Positions 17,104 through 25,800 of a DNA stretch of 64,000 nucleotides are shown here, piece by piece. Source of the DNA: Bacteroidota bacterium. Its GTDB lineage: Bacteria > Bacteroidota > Bacteroidia > AKYH767-A > OLB10. The notes below the pieces were generated by a model, which was not told the origin of the DNA, made no database searches, and saw nothing but the letters and a program-made list of their open reading frames with translations. The position numbers were made by a program, and so were the translations under genes. Where the stretch lies: contig JADJOZ010000033.1 in NCBI GenBank assembly GCA_016713525.1, forward strand, positions 255,007 to 319,006. The letters are read 5' to 3'. Each line of letters starts with the position of its first letter. Position 1 is the stretch's first letter.

Positions 17104-18528
17104 ATGAAAATAGAACAAATATATACAGGATGCCTGGCACAAGGTGCTTATTATATTGAAAGCAATGGTGAAGCAGCAATTGTTGATCCACTGCGTGAAG
17201 TTCAGCAGTATGTTGAACTGGCTGCGAAAAGCGGAGCTAAGATTAAGTATATTTTCGAGACACACTTTCATGCCGATTTTGTTTCAGGTCACATTGATTT
17301 AGCGAAATTAACCGGTGCTCCTATTGTGTATGGTCCTACAAAAATGAGTACTGGTTTCGAAGCTTTAATTGGTACCGATGGTCAGGAATTTAAATTAGGA
17401 AATATAAAGATCAGATTATTGCATACCCCCGGACACACTATGGAAAGCAGCTGCTTTATTGTAACCGATGAGCAGGGAATTGATAAAGCCATATTTACAG
17501 GAGATACATTATTTATAGGTGATGTTGGACGACCTGATCTTGCACAACATGTGATTGCTGAACTGACTCAGGAAAAATTAGCCGGACATTTATTCGACTC
17601 TTTACGCAATAAAATTATGCCACTGAAAGATGATTTGATTGTGTATCCTGCTCATGGTGCCGGATCGGCTTGCGGAAAAAATATGAGTAAAGAAACATCT
17701 GATACTTTGGGTCATCAAAAGGCTACCAATTATGCTCTCAATCCAAAACTTTCCAAAGAAGAATTTATTAAAGAAATTTTAACCGGACTGACACCGCCTC
17801 CTTCTTATTTTCCAAAAAATGTATTGATGAATATTCAGGGTTACGATTCCATTAATGAGGTAATGAAGCGCGGAAGTCAGGCACTAACAGCTGATAATTT
17901 TGAAATGGTTGCCAATGAAACACATGCTCTGATTCTGGATATTCGCAGTGCGGAAGATTTCGCTAAAGGATTTATTCCGAATTCCATTAACATTGGATTG
18001 AAAGGCAACTTTGCTGTTTGGGCAGGGACACTGATACCCGATATTAAACAGGAAATTTTGTTAGTGGCTGAACCAGGTACCGAGAAAGAAGCAATCACCA
18101 GACTGGCACGTGTTGGTTATGATCATACTATCGGATATTTAGAAGGTGGTTTTGAGTCCTGGAAAAATGCACATAAGGAAGTTGATACAATTCCTGCAAT
18201 AACTGTTGAGCAGTTTGCTGCTATTGAAGAAAAGGATCCTTCAATTCTTATTCTGGATGTAAGGAAAAAAAGCGAATACCAGTCGGAGCATATCGTAAAT
18301 GCAATTAATGCGCCTCTCGATTATATCAATGATAGTATGTTGCTGGTTGATAAATCAAAAACATACTACGTGCATTGTGCAGGTGGTTACCGTTCTATGG
18401 TATTTGCATCCATTCTTAAAGCCAGAGGATACGAAAATCTGATTGATGTTGCCGGTGGGTTTACAGCAATTAAAGATTCCGGTAAGTTCAAAGTCACCGA
18501 TTACGTGTGCCCAACAACTTTACTCTGA
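17104..18528 (+). CDS. Persulfide dioxygenase (MBL fold) fused to two rhodanese domains (CstB/PRF-like)
   Basis: 474 aa. The MBL metal motifs are 'ETHFHADFVSGH', 'HTPGHTMES' and 'YPAHGAGSACG'. The middle rhodanese lacks a Cys, and the C-terminal rhodanese has the active loop 'HCAGGYRS'. Confidence 0.8.
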   Translation: MKIEQIYTGCLAQGAYYIESNGEAAIVDPLREVQQYVELAAKSGAKIKYIFETHFHADFVSGHIDLAKLTGAPIVYGPTKMSTGFEALIGTDGQEFKLGNIKIRLLHTPGHTMESSCFIVTDEQGIDKAIFTGDTLFIGDVGRPDLAQHVIAELTQEKLAGHLFDSLRNKIMPLKDDLIVYPAHGAGSACGKNMSKETSDTLGHQKATNYALNPKLSKEEFIKEILTGLTPPPSYFPKNVLMNIQGYDSINEVMKRGSQALTADNFEMVANETHALILDIRSAEDFAKGFIPNSINIGLKGNFAVWAGTLIPDIKQEILLVAEPGTEKEAITRLARVGYDHTIGYLEGGFESWKNAHKEVDTIPAITVEQFAAIEEKDPSILILDVRKKSEYQSEHIVNAINAPLDYINDSMLLVDKSKTYYVHCAGGYRSMVFASILKARGYENLIDVAGGFTAIKDSGKFKVTDYVCPTTLL

Positions 18529-18547
18529 AACAGGAATTTATTTTAGT

Positions 18548-18589
18548 AAATACGTCTCTTGCACAATTTTGCAGGAGACGTATTTTTTT
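18548..18589 (+). terminator. Intrinsic terminator after the dioxygenase gene
   Basis: AAATACGTCTC (18548-18558) pairs with GAGACGTATTT (18575-18585); with the stem's own TTT, the T run extends to 18589. Confidence 0.65.
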
Positions 18590-18651
18590 CTACATTTGAA
18601 AAACATTATTCCAGATGTTGTTCTTCCATTCAACTTATAAACTTACTTACT

Positions 18652-18996
18652 ATGGTTTCAATTCAAAAAGTTAACGATAATTTTGTATTCGAATTAAAAG
18701 GGATGCACAAGCTATGGGCACTCACCAGTCAGTTGGTTATTCCGGCTTCAAATATCAGCAAAGCACACAATGATTTTTCTAATGTTGGGTGGTGGAAAGG
18801 CTGGAGGGCACCCGGAACCAGCATCCCATTTGTTCTGACGGCAGGAACTTTTCATCTTGATGGCGATAAAATATTCTGGGATGTGATGAATCAGGATAAA
18901 AGTATTATAGTGGAATTACATGATGAAGAATACAAAAGGCTGATTATTGAAGTTGCCGATCCTATTGTGGCAATGGAATTATTGAATGCCGGCTAG
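18652..18996 (+). CDS. Hypothetical small cytoplasmic protein (possibly bacterial PH-like fold)
   Basis: The ORF spans 18559..18996. The likely start is MVSIQKVN at 18652, after the terminator. I recognise no catalytic motif. Confidence 0.55.
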   Translation: MVSIQKVNDNFVFELKGMHKLWALTSQLVIPASNISKAHNDFSNVGWWKGWRAPGTSIPFVLTAGTFHLDGDKIFWDVMNQDKSIIVELHDEEYKRLIIEVADPIVAMELLNAG

Positions 18997-19044
18997 TAGT
19001 CTGCTTCTTTTATTCAGATTTTCTGGTGTTTCGAACTAAAATTA

Positions 19045-19076
19045 AATGGCTATATATCAGTTATATAGCCATTTTT
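19045..19076 (+). terminator. Intrinsic terminator
   Basis: Perfect 12-bp stem: AATGGCTATATA (19045-19056) pairs with TATATAGCCATT (19062-19073), with a 5-nt loop; the T run (including the stem's terminal TT) extends to 19076. Confidence 0.7.
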
Positions 19077-19253
19077 ATGGAATAAAATTTTCCTTATGTA
19101 ACTAAAGTAACTGAACGGTGGAAGTTGTCGCTGTAATTTTGTATCATAATATTGGTCGGGTTACCATTCCTTCTGATAATTTCAGGTGAAGGAAACAGTT
19201 AATGGGTTAAGTGGGAAATTTAAAGAAGGTGGTTGCCCGACCATATTTCAAAT

Positions 19254-19460
19254 ATGAAACAATTCAACACATTCATAATTACAACAATTGGGGTTATTGT
19301 TGGAGCTATTGCCGGATATGCATATTACCATTTTTATGGATGCGCTTCCGGTACTTGCGCAATAACATCGAATCCATATATCAGTACTGTTTACGGAATG
19401 ATGATGGGTGGATTGTTTGTTAATACATTTATAAGTACAACAAAAACATCAAAAAAATGA
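19254..19460 (+). CDS. Small two-TM membrane protein with a CxxxxC motif (DUF6132-like)
   Basis: The start MKQFNTFIITTIGVIVGAIAG is at 19254. 'YGCASGTCAITSNP' lies between two hydrophobic helices. Its stop overlaps the next start (ATGA at 19457-19460). Confidence 0.6.
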   Translation: MKQFNTFIITTIGVIVGAIAGYAYYHFYGCASGTCAITSNPYISTVYGMMMGGLFVNTFISTTKTSKK

Positions 19461-19732
19461 TGCATACAACATTTAAAAAAGAAGATCATCCCACCATTGT
19501 GGATGTTCGTTCATACGAAGAATTTATGGGTGGTCATGTAGCTGGATCAATTAACATTCCATTGTTTGAAATTCCTGACAGAGTGAACGAATTCAAAGAA
19601 ATGAAAAGTCCGCTGATTCTTTGCTGTGCTTCAGGGAATCGTAGTGGTCAGGCGCAACGTTTCCTGATGCAGCATGGCATAGAATGCCATAATGGAGGCT
19701 CCTGGATGGAGGTCAATTTTATGGTTGCCTGA
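19457..19732 (+). CDS. Single-domain rhodanese sulfurtransferase
   Basis: 91 aa with 'VDVRSYEEFMGGHVAGSINIP' and the active loop 'CCASGNRSGQA'. Confidence 0.85.
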   Translation: MMHTTFKKEDHPTIVDVRSYEEFMGGHVAGSINIPLFEIPDRVNEFKEMKSPLILCCASGNRSGQAQRFLMQHGIECHNGGSWMEVNFMVA

Positions 19733-19767
19733 AACTTGTTTTACTATTTTTAAAACTATAATTATTT

Positions 19768-20085
19768 ATGTTAACTGCAATAAAAAAATTACTGGGAATC
19801 GGCCCCCCAACAAACTACAAACAACTTCTGGATGAAGGTGGAATTATTCTTGATGTAAGAACAAAAGGAGAATTTGCATGTGGTCATATTAAAGGCTCTG
19901 TAAATATTCCTGTTGATCAGTTGAGCTCACAGCTTTCCAAACTGAAAAATAAGAATCAACCTATAATTACATGCTGTGCCAGTGGCATGCGAAGTGCATC
20001 TGCCAAAGGGATTCTTGCTGCCAACGGTTATTCACAGGTATATAATGGCGGAGGTTGGAATTCGCTTCATGCCAAGTTGAAATGA
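19768..20085 (+). CDS. Single-domain rhodanese sulfurtransferase
   Basis: 105 aa with 'LDVRTKGEFACGHIKGSVNIP' and the active loop 'CCASGMRSASA'. Confidence 0.85.
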   Translation: MLTAIKKLLGIGPPTNYKQLLDEGGIILDVRTKGEFACGHIKGSVNIPVDQLSSQLSKLKNKNQPIITCCASGMRSASAKGILAANGYSQVYNGGGWNSLHAKLK

Positions 20086-20330
20086 ATTGGTCATTACTGA
20101 TTTCGAACTGGAATCTGATGAGGGTAGTCAGGTTTATCATTGGAATTATTATTCTGATAGAAGGTATAAATTCCAGGCAATGGATTCCAGGAATAGTGGG
20201 AGGAATATTTCTGATTCAGGCAATTCTGAATGTGGGGTGTTGCGGTTCTGAGGGTTGCAATGTTCCTGAATCAAAGGTTGACCCTGATAAAACAGAAACA
20301 GTACGTTACGAAGAAGTTAAAGTTAAATAA
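20082..20330 (+). CDS. YgaP-like/DUF2892 membrane protein with a Cys-rich tail
   Basis: The start ATG at 20082 overlaps the upstream stop (ATGA). 'RVVRFIIGIIILIEGI..IVGGIFLIQAILNVGCCGSEGCNVP'. Confidence 0.55.
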   Translation: MNWSLLISNWNLMRVVRFIIGIIILIEGINSRQWIPGIVGGIFLIQAILNVGCCGSEGCNVPESKVDPDKTETVRYEEVKVK

Positions 20331-20332
20331 TT

Positions 20333-20767
20333 ATGGATGCACATTATTATCAGATAAATTTACATTGGGAAACAGATCGGCAAGGCTTAATTTCATCTCC
20401 TGAATTAAATCAGTCTTTTGTAGTGGCAACTCCACCACCATTTCAGGGTGGGATTGAACGAACCTGGTCGCCGGAACATTTATTAACGGCTTCGGTTAAC
20501 AGTTGTTTTATGACAACATTTTTAGCAATCGCCGCAAATTCTAAATTAGAATTCAGTAAATTTGAGTGCGAATCGAAAGGAAAACTCGAGCAAGTGGAAG
20601 GGAAGTATCTGATGACAGAAATAACACTGTCCCCCATACTTACTATTAGCAAGGCAAGCGATCAGGAACGTGCAGAACGTATTTTAATGAAGAGCGAAGC
20701 AGCATGCCTTATTTCTAATTCTATAAAATCTAAAGTAGTTTTGCATCCAACAGTAATTGTAAATTGA
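20333..20767 (+). CDS. OsmC/Ohr-family thiol peroxidase-like protein
   Basis: 144 aa. The two conserved Cys contexts are '[19 protein letters not shown]' and '[13 protein letters not shown]'. Confidence 0.7.
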   Translation: MDAHYYQINLHWETDRQGLISSPELNQSFVVATPPPFQGGIERTWSPEHLLTASVNSCFMTTFLAIAANSKLEFSKFECESKGKLEQVEGKYLMTEITLSPILTISKASDQERAERILMKSEAACLISNSIKSKVVLHPTVIVN

Positions 20768-20768
20768 T

Positions 20769-21074
20769 ATGTCAGCTTCATTCTCAGATATAATTAACAG
20801 CAACAAACCAACACTGGTCGATTTTTATGCCGAGTGGTGTGGGCCTTGCAAGATGATGAAACCTATTTTGGAAGATTTGAAATCCCGGATAGGTGAGAAG
20901 GCTACAATCATAAAAGTTGATGTCGATAAAAATCCTGCCGCCGCCAATGCCTATCGGATTCAGGGGGTTCCTACTCTGGCACTTTTTAAGAATGGTCAGA
21001 TTGTGTGGCGGCAATCGGGTGTGGTACAGGCTGCTGTTTTAGAACAAATTATTAATCAAAATACGAATTCATGA
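20769..21074 (+). CDS. trxA: Thioredoxin
   Basis: 101 aa with '[20 protein letters not shown]' and '[12 protein letters not shown]'. Confidence 0.9.
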   Translation: MSASFSDIINSNKPTLVDFYAEWCGPCKMMKPILEDLKSRIGEKATIIKVDVDKNPAAANAYRIQGVPTLALFKNGQIVWRQSGVVQAAVLEQIINQNTNS

Positions 21075-21778
21075 AGCAATTATTTATTGTCGTTTTATTT
21101 TTCGGATCCCTTATTTCCAGCTGTTCCAACGGACAGCAAAATGCAGGATTTCAATTGGATCCGGTTGCTTTTGATAAAAAATTAAAGGATACTCCCAATG
21201 CTATTCTTTTAGATGTCAGAACTCCCGGCGAATATACGAAAGGACATCTTTCGGATGCCCTGAATACCGATTGGAATGACGCAGCGTTCAGCAATCAGAT
21301 TAAAGCACTAAATAAGACCGAACCCGTCTTTGTGTATTGTATGAGTGGTAATCGTAGCGGATCTGCTGCCACATCCATGCGTGCTGACGGATTTACTCAG
21401 GTGTATGAATTAGCAGGTGGAATTATGAAATGGAGGGGTGCTAACATGCCTGAAGTCACCAAAAATGTTTCCACGAATTCTGGAATGTCAATGGCCGATT
21501 TTAACAATCTACTGAATAATGAAAAATTAGTGCTGGTCGATTTTTATGCCGACTGGTGTGCTCCCTGCAAAAAAATGAAACCATACCTTGATGAAATAAG
21601 TCGCGATATGGCTGCAACTGTAACTGTTGTCAGAATTAATGCCGACGAACATCCCGGTTTGTGCAAGTCACTCAATATTGATGCAATTCCCGTTTTGCAG
21701 GTTTATAAAAACAGGGGAATGACCTGGATGAATGAAGGTTTCATTGACAAAGAAGAAGTAGTAAAACAACTTAAGTAA
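21071..21778 (+). CDS. Lipoprotein fusing a rhodanese domain and a thioredoxin domain
   Basis: 235 aa. The lipobox is 'LISSCS'. The rhodanese part shows '[14 protein letters not shown]' with loop '[10 protein letters not shown]', and the thioredoxin part shows '[17 protein letters not shown]'. Its start overlaps the trxA stop (ATGA). Confidence 0.8.
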   Translation: MKQLFIVVLFFGSLISSCSNGQQNAGFQLDPVAFDKKLKDTPNAILLDVRTPGEYTKGHLSDALNTDWNDAAFSNQIKALNKTEPVFVYCMSGNRSGSAATSMRADGFTQVYELAGGIMKWRGANMPEVTKNVSTNSGMSMADFNNLLNNEKLVLVDFYADWCAPCKKMKPYLDEISRDMAATVTVVRINADEHPGLCKSLNIDAIPVLQVYKNRGMTWMNEGFIDKEEVVKQLK

Positions 21779-21834
21779 AATAATTTACTTTTTTCCCGAA
21801 AATAGGTTTCCTTTGTAGTTCAGCTCATACTGCT

Positions 21835-22625
21835 ATGGATACTTCTCAACCGGTTTATAATGCGATCGGTAAAAATTATAATGTCACCCGAAGTGCCGAC
21901 CCTTGGATTGCCGATAAGATGCTTTCATTGCTTCTGCCTGATAAAAATGGCTTGTTCCTGGATGTAGGATGTGGTACCGGAAATTATCTGGAAGTTTTTC
22001 TTGATAAAGGCTTTAAATTTTATGGTGTTGAACCCTCTGAAGTCATGCTCTCGAAAGCGAAAGTCCGGTGTAATACTATCATTGAAAATGTTTTTGTGGA
22101 ACAGCTTCCATTTGATGATTCATTTTTTAACGGAGCAACGGCAATGTTCACATTTCATCACTGGAAAGATAAACAGAAAGGGCTAAATGAAGTTTTTCGT
22201 GTTCTGAAACCGGGTTCCAGGTTGGTTTTTTTGAGTTTCACTCCCGAGCAACTTTTTAATTATTGGCATGTGCACTATTTTCCAAAAATGATTCGCAGGT
22301 CGGCAGAAATAGTTCCTGAAAAGCAAGAAATGATTTCCTGGTTACGGACTGTTGGCTTCTCTGCTGTTTCAACAGAAAATTATTTTGTGCATGATGAACT
22401 TACAGATCATTTTTTTATTCCAATAAACGCAGGCCTGAAAAATATCTTGATCCTGAAATAAGAAACGGAATTTCATCATTCACTGCTTTTTCAGATCCTG
22501 ATGAATTAAAAAGTGGTTTGATTCAACTCGAAAAAGATATCGCCTCCGGTGAAATTGCTGATATCATGAAAAAATATGAAAATGATATTGGCGATTATAT
22601 ATTTTATGTTGCAGGGAAAAATTAA
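21835..22625 (+). pseudogene. Class I SAM-dependent methyltransferase, frameshifted at the T7 run 22410-22416
   Basis: Motif I is 'FLDVGCGTGNYL'. After the T run the -1 frame continues without a stop as 'YSNKRRPEKYLDPEIRNGISSFTAFSDPDELKSGLIQLEKDIASGEIADIMKKYENDIGDYIFYVAGKN*', ending at 22625. One extra T restores a single ORF. Confidence 0.75.
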
Positions 22626-22859
22626 CAATTGATTTAACAACAGAAACGTCCCTTTTTTAAATCAGAACCTGCTTCATATTTTCATAATTTAACTTTTTTG
22701 AGCCGGTTTCTTTCATGTATTCAATATTATTGGAATGTTAATTTGTCAATGGTTAATTTGATATGATTCTAATAATTAAGGTGATAAGTAGTCGCTTTTG
22801 CTGTATAGAGCAACGCCCATGCTTTTCTGGTTACTATTGCAGAAGTTGAAACTAATTTG

Positions 22860-22867
22860 TAAGTTTG
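22860..22867 (+). promoter_or_regulatory. Bacteroidota -7 promoter box TAAGTTTG (consensus TAnnTTTG)
   Basis: Exact consensus match 29 bp upstream of the ATG at 22896. An overlapping TAATTTG lies at 22853-22859. Confidence 0.4.
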
Positions 22868-22895
22868 ATTACCCCTAACCATTAAATTCCACATC

Positions 22896-25800
22896 ATGCT
22901 TCTCAGATTATTTGCTTCGTTCCGGTTTGTTCCGGTTACAGCTTTACGACTTCAAATTATTTTGATAATAGTTTGTTCAGCTTCTTCCAATTTATCGGCA
23001 CAGTGGCTCGATTGGCAGGATGAAACCGGTCCCAGACTTACTTTAACATCAGTTGCTAATAGTGACCCTGAAGAAAAGGATATGTGGCCTGCCGATTTAA
23101 ATAATGATGGTAAGGAAGATTTGATAGTTGTAAGAAAGCAACCATTTTCAACATCCACACAACCTGGTAAATCAAATTTATTATTGATGAATACCGGAGG
23201 GATGTTGGTTGATCAGACTGCATTGTATGCACCGGAATTTATTTCATCGGTCAATTTCGCACGTGACGTTTATGTAGGAGATTTTGATGGCGATAATTGG
23301 AAGGATGTAATTATTGCAAATACATTTAGCCAGCAGCCTACCTATTATAGAAATTTAGGAAATGATGGTTCAGGTAATTGGCTTGGTTTGGTGAATGAAT
23401 CGGCTACACGTTTTCCGGTATTGAGTGATGATACACCATTATTTTGTGCGGTATGGGGTGGAGATGTGAGCGGCGATGGATCTCCTGACATTTATTTTGT
23501 TAATTATAAAGTTAATTCAGGCGGTGGTACTGCAAAAGATTATTTATTGATCAATAATGGTTCTGGAGTTTTTACCAATGAGAGTGCGGCACGTTTGGGA
23601 ACATTACGAAATTCAGCATTTGGTACAGCAGTTCAAATTGCCGATATGGATAATGATGGGGATAATGATATCATAAAAAATACCACCCTGTATAATGTAG
23701 CACCCTGGAATGCACGGGGCGTAATAGTGTTGTTTAATGATGGCACAGGAAATTTTGTCAATTGGCAGAATTTAGTTCCAACTTCATCACCATACATGTT
23801 CGATATTGCCGATTTTAATCAGGATGGTAAAAAAGATTTGTATGTCGTAGATGATGGAACCGACTACCTGTTAACAGTTAATTCTTTTGTTGCAAATACC
23901 AGTTTGAATGTGACGAAAACGAATTTAGGATTTACCAGCACCGGTGGATTTGGAGGAAATGTTCATGCAGCTGATCTGGATCTTGACGGTGATATGGATA
24001 TAGGAATAGCAGATGTTGATGTAGATATTCCTCCTTGCAATAGTAGTAGAAGAATGGCAATTTATCGTAATGATAACGGAGTGTTTTCCGACCCATATGG
24101 ATCAACAATATTTACCTGGGCTGATAACAGTTATGATTTTGCATGGATCGATATTAACGGTGACGGATTAAAAGATTTTGTTACCGGATTTTGTGGAGGA
24201 TATGGGTTAATCATGAGTGATAATTGCGGACTTGCACCTAATCCTTCCGATTATGATCAGGATGGTTTACCTGATGCCTGCGATCCTTGCCCAACCAATC
24301 CCGATCCCGGCTGTGCGCCACCAACAGATTATCCTACTGTGAGTACAAACAACAGTGTTGCCCGACAATGGAATGAATTGTTGCTTGCATCTATAAGGCG
24401 AGATTTTGCGCGCCCAACAGTACATGCAAGGAATTTATTTCATGTTTCTGCAGCAATGTGGGATGCATGGTCGGCGTATGATAGTATGTCGTGCGCATTT
24501 TTACTTGGTAAAACGGTGGATGGTTTTACCTGTCCATTTACCGGAATTCCGCCTTCTTCAACTGTTGAAACCGACCGCAATACGGCCATCAGTTATTCAT
24601 CATACCGATTATTGAAACATCGCTTTGCTTCATCACCACAGGCACACTTATTAAATATAGCCTATAATGTTCACATGGACACATTGGGTTATGATACTAC
24701 ATTTGTAAGTACTGATTATTCGACAGGTAACCCTGCTGCATTAGGAAATTATATAGCTCAATGTTATATTAATTTTGGAATGCAGGATGGGTCGAACGAA
24801 CAAAATGGTTATTCAAATACCAGTTATACACCGGTTAATCCTCCTCTTAACGTTGATATTCCGGGCAATCCTAATATCAATGATTTGAATCGTTGGCAAC
24901 CTTTAACACTTGATTTATTTATTGATCAGAGTGGTAATCCGATTCCCGGCGCAACTCCCCCATTTCTTAGTCCTGAATGGGGACAAGTTAAATCATTTGC
25001 TTTGAAAAGTACCGATCTGATTGTACATCAACGCAATGGATTTGATTATAAAGTTTATCATGATCCGGGTTCACCACCACTCTTACAAACCGATGGCAGT
25101 GGCAATTCCGATCAGTATAAATATAATTTTGCTTTAGTATCAGTTTGGTCATCACATCTTGATGCCACTGATGGTGTTACATGGGATATTTCTCCAGCCA
25201 CTCAGGGAAACAGGAATGCACTTCCTACTTCTTATAATGATTATCCTTCGTTTTATAATCTGACAGCAGGAGGAACTACCAATGTAGGGCATCCTGTAAA
25301 TCCGGTAACCGGTTCTCCATATACTCCGAATGTGGTAAAGCGTGGCGACTACGCAAGAGTTCTTGCTGAATTCTGGGCCGATGGTCCCGATTCTGAAACA
25401 CCTCCCGGCCATTGGTTTACCATTTTTAATTATGTCTCTGATCATCCATTACAAACCAAACAATATAAAGGTACAGGAACGCCTTTAAATGATCTCGAAT
25501 GGGATGTTAAAGGTTACCTGGCATTAGGTGGTGCAATGCATGATGTTGCAATTACTGCATGGGGCATGAAAGGTTGGTATGATTACATTAGACCAATTTC
25601 TGCTATTCGGGCAATGGCTGAATTTGGACAAAGTTCTGATTCAACTGCATTATCTTTTCATCCGGCCGGACTACCACTTATACCGGGATACATTGAGCTT
25701 GTACTGCCAGGCGATCCTTTGGCTGATGGTTCAACCAATGTAGGAAAAATAAAATTGTTTGCCTGGAGAGGTCATAGTGTAATTAATAATGTTGACACCG

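Noticed and set aside
19211-19423. ORF 19211..19423, and the extended start at 19233 for the small membrane protein.
   Set aside because: This alternative frame overlaps the better-supported two-TM CxxxxC miniprotein, which starts at 19254 (MKQFNTF...).
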